A stretch of DNA of 64,000 nucleotides from Longimicrobiales bacterium (GTDB lineage Bacteria > Gemmatimonadota > Gemmatimonadetes > Longimicrobiales > Gaopeijiaceae). Positions 9,579-17,930 of the stretch are shown one piece after another; positions within the stretch are counted from its first letter, which is position 1, and every line of letters begins with the position of its first letter. Location of the stretch: contig CBDBCF010000002.1 in assembly GCA_965202985.1 (NCBI GenBank), positions 160,001-224,000 on the forward strand, in the 5' to 3' direction. Under the pieces are notes generated by a model. That model was not told the origin of the DNA, searched no databases, and saw only the letters and a program-made list of their open reading frames with translations. The position numbers and the translations under genes are program-made.

Positions 9579-10590
9579 CGCTTGGCGCATCCGCTGGCTC
9601 GGCCAGCGGTACCGGTGCCTTGGAACGGTCCTGCCACTGCCTCAGCCGCTCTGCAACGATTGCGCGCAGATTGTGGTTGGGGAGCGTGAGGACGTACTGC
9701 CGCTGCACATCGAGGGCGAACTGCTCCAGTTCAGAGAAGCTCACACCCCTGAGACGCTTCGCCAAGGTGGCGGGCTGGTACCCGAGCTGCTCGCCGAGGC
9801 GTTTCTCGAAGCGGCGGAACCACTCCTCCGCCAGCGAGAGAGTAGGAGGGGGGAGGTTCAGCCGGAGCTGAAACCGACGCCAGACCGCCCTGTCCAGCAG
9901 TTCGGGATGGTTCGTCGCCGTGACCACCACGACATGGCTGGGCAAATCGTCGATCTTCAGCAGGAGCGAGCTGACGACTCGCTTTATCTCTCCGGTCTCG
10001 TGGACGTCTCCGCGCTCTTTTCCGACCACATCGAATTCGTCGAAGAAGAGCACGCACCGGCGCGTCCGGACCTCGTCGAAGAGCCGGGCAAGACGGACCG
10101 CCGTCTCGCCAAGGTAGCTGGCGATCACCGATTCGTACCGCACTGCGAACAACGGAACCGCTAGCTCCGTGGCGAGCGCTTCGGCCAGGGAGGTCTTCCC
10201 GTTGCCGGGCGGTCCGGTCAGCAACACCCGGTGCCGCGGTTCCAGATTGTGCGCTCGCAAGAGGTCAGCGCGCCGAAACTCTTCGACCAACTCCCTGCCC
10301 GCGTTCTCTACGGGGGCCGGAAGGACGAGGTCGCGCATCCGCCGTTCGGGATGGATCTCGTGAAATGGCCCGTCCACCGGCCCGTTGCGGTTGCGGCTCG
10401 TCAAGGGTGGCGAAGCAGTGGCGTTCGGCGGACTTGCCGCGTTGAGGTGAGAGGCTAGTCGGTCAGCCAATACGTGGTGCTGCTTGGCGCGTTCCTCGGT
10501 GACGAGGGCCTCGATGGCCTTGCGGAACAGGGGCTGATTGCCCCCAACGCCTGCGCGCACCAAGTCGAGGAGCAGATCGGCTCGGGCCAT
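9571..10590 (-). CDS. AAA+ ATPase (IetA-like), partner of the S8 peptidase
   Basis: GPPGNGKT Walker A, LFFDEFD Walker B, ATNHPELLDRAVWRRF second region of homology. GGAGG RBS before ATG 10590. Confidence 0.92.
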   Translation of the reverse strand: MARADLLLDLVRAGVGGNQPLFRKAIEALVTEERAKQHHVLADRLASHLNAASPPNATASPPLTSRNRNGPVDGPFHEIHPERRMRDLVLPAPVENAGRELVEEFRRADLLRAHNLEPRHRVLLTGPPGNGKTSLAEALATELAVPLFAVRYESVIASYLGETAVRLARLFDEVRTRRCVLFFDEFDVVGKERGDVHETGEIKRVVSSLLLKIDDLPSHVVVVTATNHPELLDRAVWRRFQLRLNLPPPTLSLAEEWFRRFEKRLGEQLGYQPATLAKRLRGVSFSELEQFALDVQRQYVLTLPNHNLRAIVAERLRQWQDRSKAPVPLAEPADAPSDA

Positions 10591-10722
10591 GTCAGACACC
10601 TCCCTCAGGGGAGCACGGACGCGGACAAGGCAAACGTAAGGAATGGCACCCGTGGCCGTCTACCTCCCGGCAACGTGTGTTCGGCGAAGACAAAGAGGAA
10701 TCCCTGCTCCAGTCGTCCAAGC

Positions 10723-12693
10723 TCACCGCGTCTTCTCCCGCAACTGCTCCAGCTCCTCCCGAAACCGGTCCTCCGACGGCAGCAGCTTGATCGCCCTCTG
10801 GTAGGCCTCCTCCGCTTCGCGCCGGGGTGCGTTTAGCCAGGTCAACGTGCGGGCGAGTTCCCGCCAAGCCCAGGCGTGGCGAGCCGGGGATGCGTCGAGC
10901 TGCAGCACGCGCTCCAGGAGGGTCCGGGCCTCGGCAAGGAGGCGCCGGTTGGACTCGGGGATGCCGCTCCGCAGGGCCTCGCCAGCCAGCCACATCTTCG
11001 TCTGGGCGAATTCGAGCATCGCGCGGGGGTCGGCGTAGACGGCTTCGCCGGCGCGCTCGAAGTGCTGGTGCGCCAACTGCGAGTCGCGGGCTCGTCGCGC
11101 CACGATGGCCGCGTTGATGGCGTCCTGGCCGAACCGGGCCGCGTCGTCCTGCTGGAGAAGCTGCCGCGCCCGTTCGGGGTCGCCGGCCGCCACCAAGACT
11201 TCCGCCAGCGCGTTGGCCACGTGAACAGCCGCGACTCCCGGTCCTTGAGCCTTGAAGGCGCGGAACACATCTTCGGCGCGGGCCGTCTCCCCCTTCTTGG
11301 CGTAGGCCCGGATCAGTTCGACCGCGAGCGCTCCCGAGCCTGGGTTGCCCTGCCATGCGGCCTCGACGCGGCGAAACGCCTCTGCCTCGTCCCCCAGCAC
11401 CCGCAGGTGCGCCGCGTCTCGAAGGGCAGAGAGCGCCGCGTACTCGGGGTGGGCCGGCAGAGTCACCTGGAAGTACGTCCGCGACTCGTCGAACCTGAAC
11501 CGCGGCGGCGGCGAGCCGTTGGCCTCCATCGCGCGATACATCTTCGGAAGCCCTGTCAGCCGCAGCTCGGCGAACTTCAGCTCCTTGAAGAACTCGCCGA
11601 TCCGGCGGTTTCGGGCGGGAGCGCCCCGAAATGCGGCGCCGGGCACCAGGTGTTCCGACTGCACGCCTGGCACCGGGCCGGGGTAGCTGACGATCTCCAC
11701 CTTGTCGGGAAACAGGTAGACTTTCGTGGGATCGGGGTGCTCCACGTCGTAGCTGCGATGGTAGAGCGCGTTGACCAAGGCCTCTCGAATCGCGGGCACC
11801 GGAAAGTTGACCCATCCGCGAACTTGGCTGCGATGGTTCTGCTTCTGGACGTGATTCACCGAGAGGTTCTCGAGGTAAGTCATGCAGTCGCGGAACTGAT
11901 CCAAGAGACCGCCCTTGAAGACACGCTCTTCCTGGACGTCACCGGCGCGGTCGGCCGCGAACTGCACGACCTCGATCCACGCACCCCGAAACCACGCTGC
12001 AGGATCCGACGAGAACAACAACAGCCCAACGTTCCTGGGCACGTCGTGATCGTTCACCTTGGTGGTAAGGCGCATTCCGCGATAGACGGTCTCGGTTTCC
12101 GGCTCGTCCAAGAGCCCGCTCCCCACATCGTGCAGGAACTGCCGAACCCTCATTTCCCGCATGTCTTCAACGCGTGCGTCCATGGCCCTGCGGTCGTCCC
12201 ACGGCACACGGCCGGCCTGCTGCACCAGCGGCTGCAATAGGCCGTTAGGCTCTGCGTCCACGGTTTCGGCGCCGACACGAACCCAGTACCGTCGCCGCCC
12301 CTTCCCATCGGGTGCCCGGTGCGGCCTCACCTGACTCGCAAACGCCCACACGACCACAATCAATCGGTCGTCGACCCATTCGCGGGACAGAACCGGTTGG
12401 TAGTCTGGATCGATGCGTCTACAGTTGCCGCGAATCCACTTCTCCGCCGCCTCGGCCGTCTCGGGCACCAGGCCCACGGGCGGCAGCACGGCTCGACCGT
12501 CACGTTCCTCCACGCCAATGACCACGTACCCCCCGTTGAGGTTGTGGAGGTCGTTGGCGAAGGCGCAGATCGTTCGGAGCACCTGCGGGCCAGTCGTCTT
12601 GGGGTCCCAGGAACGCTTGAACTCGACCCGCTCCGACTCGACGGTTCGGCAGTCGAGAAGGTCATCCAGGTTGACGCGGAGGACGGTCTTCAT
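10723..12693 (-). CDS. Schlafen/AlbA_2 domain + HATPase_c_4 (RecG-C-like) + C-terminal TPR-like helical region
   Basis: ESERVEFKRS...ICAFANDLHNLNGGYVVIGV (AlbA_2). AIREALVNALYHRSY...RNRRIGEFFKEL (HATPase_c_4). Ala-rich TPR-like helices (AEEAYQRAIKLLP). ATG 12693 overlaps the MTase stop (ATGA). Confidence 0.85.
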   Translation of the reverse strand: MKTVLRVNLDDLLDCRTVESERVEFKRSWDPKTTGPQVLRTICAFANDLHNLNGGYVVIGVEERDGRAVLPPVGLVPETAEAAEKWIRGNCRRIDPDYQPVLSREWVDDRLIVVVWAFASQVRPHRAPDGKGRRRYWVRVGAETVDAEPNGLLQPLVQQAGRVPWDDRRAMDARVEDMREMRVRQFLHDVGSGLLDEPETETVYRGMRLTTKVNDHDVPRNVGLLLFSSDPAAWFRGAWIEVVQFAADRAGDVQEERVFKGGLLDQFRDCMTYLENLSVNHVQKQNHRSQVRGWVNFPVPAIREALVNALYHRSYDVEHPDPTKVYLFPDKVEIVSYPGPVPGVQSEHLVPGAAFRGAPARNRRIGEFFKELKFAELRLTGLPKMYRAMEANGSPPPRFRFDESRTYFQVTLPAHPEYAALSALRDAAHLRVLGDEAEAFRRVEAAWQGNPGSGALAVELIRAYAKKGETARAEDVFRAFKAQGPGVAAVHVANALAEVLVAAGDPERARQLLQQDDAARFGQDAINAAIVARRARDSQLAHQHFERAGEAVYADPRAMLEFAQTKMWLAGEALRSGIPESNRRLLAEARTLLERVLQLDASPARHAWAWRELARTLTWLNAPRREAEEAYQRAIKLLPSEDRFREELEQLREKTR

Positions 12694-15600
12694 GACGGGT
12701 CGTCGGTGCCGAAGAGGTCGGAACGGTACTCTGCTCTGGGTTCGGCCGCCTTCATGAGGGGTTGGCGAGAGGGCGTGTCGGTGGCGAACTCGGCATATTC
12801 TTCGGATCCAAGGAGGTTCCTGGCGTGCAGGCGACACTCTCGCCACGCGTCCGCAGGACTTTGGGACAGCTGCCAGTCGTAGAATCGAGGGCCAAGGCGG
12901 CTGGCCACGGGTTGCGGCTGTTCCGCCCGTTCGTCGCGGCCAAGGCCGTAGTCAGCAAGGCGGAGTGTCTCGGGAATGAGCCAGCCTTCGCCGTGATTCT
13001 GATCCAGGAAGTCCCGGATTCCCATGTCTCTATCGCCGTTGCGGCTCTTGATTTTAGACTCAAGGTCAACAAATGCAACCATCGTCAGAACGGTCTGGCG
13101 GAGCTCTGGGTCCATGTTCTTGTCAACTCGCCAGAAGCCCTTAGCGTCATCATCATGTGCATGGACTTGTCCGATTTCTTGTGTCGGAATACAACAGTTG
13201 CGCAGAATATGGCCAATGTCATCCGCGTCAAGATTGAACAATGTCGACACGAGGACATCGATCACGATCTTCGCCCTGAGGCGTTCCCTGAGTGTAACTG
13301 GTGAGTGACCTGCTAGCAGTGGGTACATCGCTTCTTGCCCGAATATAAGCTCTGCCAGTCCATTCAACGACTTCACAAGAGACGCAAGAACGTGTCGAGT
13401 ACTCTCACTGACAGTGGCCAATACCGGTGTTTCTTCAATAATGAACCAGTTGGCACTGAGTCCCGACAGGCGAACACGAAGCGAGAAGTCATAAACAAAC
13501 GACGCCAGTATTGCACACAACAACGCACTATCGTCATCATCACTTCCGTCAACCCGCAGCACAGGAACGGAATTGCCACAAGGAACGTCGTGCAGGAGAG
13601 ACGAAATCATTGTCCTTGTATTCGTAGACGACGTTGTATTCATGAAGCCTACTTTACATCCACTTCGCAACTTGTGCTGCCGTTCATCGATTGCGTACTG
13701 TGGCTCAACTTGCTTTGTTTCCCATGGAATTTGCCTCCATACAGCACTCCGCCCTCTTCCACTTACCCACCCCTTCGCACTGAAGTCGAACTGCCCAATC
13801 ATGCGCCCTTCCCACAACGGAAAAGCTGTGTCGTCCACATCCCCTTCGATTATCCACTTGTTTCCATCTCGAGATAGGAACACCCCTGCAGGAATCGAAG
13901 TCCTCGGCACCGGCAGTCGGTCGTAGGGCGGCGGGGCGCACCGCACTTGCCAGAGGCTCCGAGCGATGTCCCCCGGCTTCAGCAGGTGGCCGTGGACAAA
14001 GCGGGCTTCCGCTTTCCGCCGCTCTGGCCCTGCCGTCGAATCGAACAGCCATCCTTCCAACTCCACTTCGGCTGGCGTCGGTCGAGACGGATCAACCCCG
14101 AGTTCCGCCCACAGCTCCCCGATCGGGCGCCATTTCCCAAGCAGCCACCGGCTGTACTCGTCGGGCTGGTAGCCCTTTGCCTCCCACTGGGCGCGTGGAG
14201 GAAACAGTTTCGAGTCGTTGGTCATATCGAACTCGCGCGTGTACTCTACGCCCCAGCCGTTTGGGCCGTTGTCCCCAAGGAGAACGCCGTTGGCGTACAT
14301 CTTCTCAAGGATGTCCAGGTCGCGCTTGGACTGAATTTCGAGCAGCGTCCGACTTTGGGGACTGAACTGCTCGACCTGAGAACGGGCGTACGGAATGGCG
14401 ACGGCTTCGGGGCGATCCCAGTCGTCCAGGTCGTGGCGCATGAACGCGGTGCGGATCGCTTCGGTGGAGCCGCCCTTCTGAACTACGACGGGGTTGAATT
14501 TGTAGCTCCTGTGGATCGGAAAGATCTTGTTGCCGTTCTCGATGCCGAATAACCATTCCCACTTGCATTGCTCCAGAAACAGGGTTCGGATCGGGGCCGT
14601 ACCGTAGTCGGAGTACAGCCCCGAGGGCACGATGAACCCCATTCGGCCGGCTGGACTGAGCAGGGCGTGGGCAACCTCGAGGAACAGCTTGTACAGGTTC
14701 AGGTCCGCAGAACCTTGTCGACAGAACGGGTGCATCGCGTCGGCGAACCCGGCCGACTGGCTACGGCGGACCCGCCAGCTTCTGTGTAGCACACCGTTGG
14801 TGGTGCCGCGTGCAAGTGAGAAGCGGTCCACGCTCTTGTCTTTGGTGATGGGGTCCCCGTATGGGCGCGCCGCATACTTCACATAGTTGGACTGGAACCG
14901 GAACCGGGCGTTGTAGTCGAGCCAATCGTGTTCGATAGCTTCGCCCGAGGCGGCGTCGTCGAAATAGGAAGTCTGTTTTCGGATCGCTTCCTGCTTTCGG
15001 TAGCTTCGGTACAGCGGATCGATGTTGGAGAAGAACTCGTGCGAGTTGGGCTTGGCGACGTCCCACGGCGGGTTCCCCAGGACCGCGTCGAACCCGGAAC
15101 CCGCTTCCCGGAATACGTCCGGGAACTCCAGCTCCCAGTGGAAGAACCGTGTATCGGCGGAAATACGATGGACCACATCCCGCGTTCCCTGCGACGGGTT
15201 GGCGAAGGCCCGGGGAAGTGGGGCGCACTCGATCTCGCCGGGGGGCCAGAACCAGCAGGCGCACCACAGGTCCATCGCATCCTTGAGTGCCGACCACGCG
15301 GGCGAGCCCACGAACTCGTCGCGGTAGAGCCGCGCCCGTTCCGTCGCGTCTTGCACGGGCAGGGCGTGCATCTTCTCCAGAACGGCCAGCGCACTGCGGT
15401 GGGCGTTGTCGTGGCGCTGCAGATGGTCGTCGAGGAAGAGGTCCGGGTCGCGGAGGAACGAGGCCAAGTCCGGCGTCAACCGGTCCTTCACGAACGCCTT
15501 GATCGCCTTCGTCCGGGCGCCCTTCTTGAAGTGGATGCCGTTGCCGTGGTTCTTGTCGCCGCCTTCGCGGTTCTTCCAGGCCATGACCGGGTCGTGGGCG

Positions 15601-17930
15601 AACTGGTCGAGCCACGCGCCCACGAGGGAGTTGCCGCACTTGACCTTGTGATCCAGGAAGCCGAAGGGCAGGCCCCGGTCCATGGTCTCGATCCACAGCG
15701 ACAAGCGGCAGAGCTCGACGGCCAAGGGGTCGATGTCCACGGCGTAGATGCAGCGCTCCACCACGTGACGGCGCAGCACGGCCCGCAGACGGGGCTCGAA
15801 GTCGTCATGGTCCTGCGGACAGGGGATCAGCTCGTCGCCCAAACGCTCGGTGTGCGGCTCGTATTCGGTCGGCGCGCCCAGCAACCGAATCAGCGTGCGC
15901 TCCCCGTCCGGCTCGATGCGTCCGTGGCGCTGAAGAGAAGCGAGGAGAGCGTTGGTCAGGAAGCGCAAAGCCGACAGCACGAACGCGCCCGAACCACAGG
16001 CCGGGTCGCACACCTTCAGTTCAAGGACCACCTCGGGGCGCTTGGGAGTCCACTTGGCGGCAGGAGCGTCTCGGTCGGGTTCGCCGTCCTTGCCGAGCGG
16101 CGGGTCGTAGGCCAAGGGCCGCAACGTGCGCTGCACCGTGGGCACGACCAAGCCGGGTCGCGTGTAGAAGCTGCCCGACCCCTTCCGGGTGCCGCCCCAC
16201 CGCACCAAGTACCACTCGCCGGGCAACACGACGCGGGCGACCAGCTTGCGGGCCTTTCGGGCCAAGTCGTCCTCGGCCTTCAGTCGGCGCTCCGGGGTGA
16301 GCTTGCCACGGGGTTTCTTGACCAATCCAGCCACGTGTGCGGCCCGCCGCGCCCACTTCTCGGCGCGGGTGCGGTTGGCAAATCGCGGGTCGGCGCCGTC
16401 CGGCGAAGCCTCGCTGGGGTCGCCGACGAGCGGCTCAGCGGCGTCTTCGGCTTCCGCTTCGTTCGCCTCGCCTTTGACAGCGGCTTGGCCCTCCGACTCC
16501 TCCGGTCCGTCGTCGTCCGCCGCAACATCCTTCTTCAGGTTGCTGAACAGCGCCCTGATCGCCTTGTCGTCCATCGCCTCCAGGCGCGACAACGGCAATG
16601 CCGGGTACTGGCCCGCCGCCAGGAAGATCACGGGCTCGCCGGGCGGGGCCGTCTTGAGCTCGTAGTCCAGCAGCCCCTCGTACAGTATGCCGATGTAGTC
16701 GGAGGACAGGTCCGAGAAGTCCACGGGCACTGTGACCCAGGTGCCGCCCCGGCCCTGGCGGATTCGGACCCGCGTGAGCGTCATCCGATCCAACATGCGC
16801 CGAACATCGTCGTCCGGGAGCACGTCGTGCTTCAAGCAGGCGGTCTCGAACACCGCCAAGGCTCGGGAGAGGCCGTCGGCCGACTCCGCGCTGCCGGGCT
16901 TGAAGAGCTCGCCGCCGTAGTCCTTGACCGGCATCTGGGGAAGGTGGGAGCCGTCGTGCACCAAGGTGAAGAGGGCCTGCACCTGGGGCCACGCGCTGAA
17001 GCGGTGGGACAGGGCATGGCCACCAACCGCCGACTGCAGCCGCTCCATCAGGCCGTTGAGGCCATAGCTGGCGTGGTAGACAGGGTTGTCCCTAGGCAGC
17101 AGGTCCCGGGCCTCGGCGAAGAGGATCACCACGAGGCGCATCGCGACTCGGCAGGCGGCCCGGTAGATGTCGGCGGGGTCCACGTCGGAGCACTGCTCCT
17201 TGAGCGCGTCTCCGTGGCCTTGGATCAGGATCTCGACGGCTTTCCGCACGCGCTCGCCCAGCGTCTCCGAGAGCTCGGCCTGTCCCTTGCGCGTGTCCCG
17301 AATCGCTTGGAGCAGAGGCGAGGCGGCGTCCTTTGACGCGGGAGTCCAGAGCTTGGGCTGCAACAGCGTCCGAAGCGCCTCCACCTGGGGCGCGGGCCTG
17401 CCTTCCTGGAACCACAGGTCCACGTCCCACTCGCACCAAGCCTCGAAGTCCAACCCGGCGAAGAGGAGTCGCCACTGCTTGCCGTTGGTGATCAGGGCCA
17501 AGTGGTCGTTGCCGGTGCGAAGCCATCCGAGTACCCGGCTGACCGTTCGGCGGCCCTTGCCGATCCCGACGCGCGGTCCCGGTTCCATGAACACCGGCAG
17601 ACGCCCGCCCCCGAGACCCTCCCACAGCTGGCGCGGCTTGACGACCTCTCCGGTCGGGGCTCGACGACTCCACTCGGGCCCGACCTTGGTGCCTCGCGTC
17701 CACGTGCCCGAGCCCGAGTCGAATCCGCACACGTCCTCCAACACGAACTTGACGAACGCCGGGGCCTCGTCCGTGGCGCGGCGACGCAGCTGTTGCTCGG
17801 TCCAGCCGTCCATAGGGTTGGGCGCATGAGGCGCCAAATCGGCCAAGCGCTGCCCGTCCAGCAGGAGCCCGCCGTGACGCAGGTCTCGCCAGCCAGTGAC
17901 CTCTTGACCAGCGCGCGAGGCGGCCGTCAC
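12690..17930 (-). CDS. Large type IIG/Eco57I-like N6-adenine DNA methyltransferase (DrmMI-like)
   Basis: GILYEGLL, RKGSGSFYT, motif I DPACGSGAF, motif IV VLGNPPWD, FFHWELEFPDVF and ADLNLYKLFLE. C-terminal TRD-like region. GTGA overlap with the SNF2 gene. Confidence 0.92.
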   Translation of the reverse strand: MTAASRAGQEVTGWRDLRHGGLLLDGQRLADLAPHAPNPMDGWTEQQLRRRATDEAPAFVKFVLEDVCGFDSGSGTWTRGTKVGPEWSRRAPTGEVVKPRQLWEGLGGGRLPVFMEPGPRVGIGKGRRTVSRVLGWLRTGNDHLALITNGKQWRLLFAGLDFEAWCEWDVDLWFQEGRPAPQVEALRTLLQPKLWTPASKDAASPLLQAIRDTRKGQAELSETLGERVRKAVEILIQGHGDALKEQCSDVDPADIYRAACRVAMRLVVILFAEARDLLPRDNPVYHASYGLNGLMERLQSAVGGHALSHRFSAWPQVQALFTLVHDGSHLPQMPVKDYGGELFKPGSAESADGLSRALAVFETACLKHDVLPDDDVRRMLDRMTLTRVRIRQGRGGTWVTVPVDFSDLSSDYIGILYEGLLDYELKTAPPGEPVIFLAAGQYPALPLSRLEAMDDKAIRALFSNLKKDVAADDDGPEESEGQAAVKGEANEAEAEDAAEPLVGDPSEASPDGADPRFANRTRAEKWARRAAHVAGLVKKPRGKLTPERRLKAEDDLARKARKLVARVVLPGEWYLVRWGGTRKGSGSFYTRPGLVVPTVQRTLRPLAYDPPLGKDGEPDRDAPAAKWTPKRPEVVLELKVCDPACGSGAFVLSALRFLTNALLASLQRHGRIEPDGERTLIRLLGAPTEYEPHTERLGDELIPCPQDHDDFEPRLRAVLRRHVVERCIYAVDIDPLAVELCRLSLWIETMDRGLPFGFLDHKVKCGNSLVGAWLDQFAHDPVMAWKNREGGDKNHGNGIHFKKGARTKAIKAFVKDRLTPDLASFLRDPDLFLDDHLQRHDNAHRSALAVLEKMHALPVQDATERARLYRDEFVGSPAWSALKDAMDLWCACWFWPPGEIECAPLPRAFANPSQGTRDVVHRISADTRFFHWELEFPDVFREAGSGFDAVLGNPPWDVAKPNSHEFFSNIDPLYRSYRKQEAIRKQTSYFDDAASGEAIEHDWLDYNARFRFQSNYVKYAARPYGDPITKDKSVDRFSLARGTTNGVLHRSWRVRRSQSAGFADAMHPFCRQGSADLNLYKLFLEVAHALLSPAGRMGFIVPSGLYSDYGTAPIRTLFLEQCKWEWLFGIENGNKIFPIHRSYKFNPVVVQKGGSTEAIRTAFMRHDLDDWDRPEAVAIPYARSQVEQFSPQSRTLLEIQSKRDLDILEKMYANGVLLGDNGPNGWGVEYTREFDMTNDSKLFPPRAQWEAKGYQPDEYSRWLLGKWRPIGELWAELGVDPSRPTPAEVELEGWLFDSTAGPERRKAEARFVHGHLLKPGDIARSLWQVRCAPPPYDRLPVPRTSIPAGVFLSRDGNKWIIEGDVDDTAFPLWEGRMIGQFDFSAKGWVSGRGRSAVWRQIPWETKQVEPQYAIDERQHKLRSGCKVGFMNTTSSTNTRTMISSLLHDVPCGNSVPVLRVDGSDDDDSALLCAILASFVYDFSLRVRLSGLSANWFIIEETPVLATVSESTRHVLASLVKSLNGLAELIFGQEAMYPLLAGHSPVTLRERLRAKIVIDVLVSTLFNLDADDIGHILRNCCIPTQEIGQVHAHDDDAKGFWRVDKNMDPELRQTVLTMVAFVDLESKIKSRNGDRDMGIRDFLDQNHGEGWLIPETLRLADYGLGRDERAEQPQPVASRLGPRFYDWQLSQSPADAWRECRLHARNLLGSEEYAEFATDTPSRQPLMKAAEPRAEYRSDLFGTDDPS

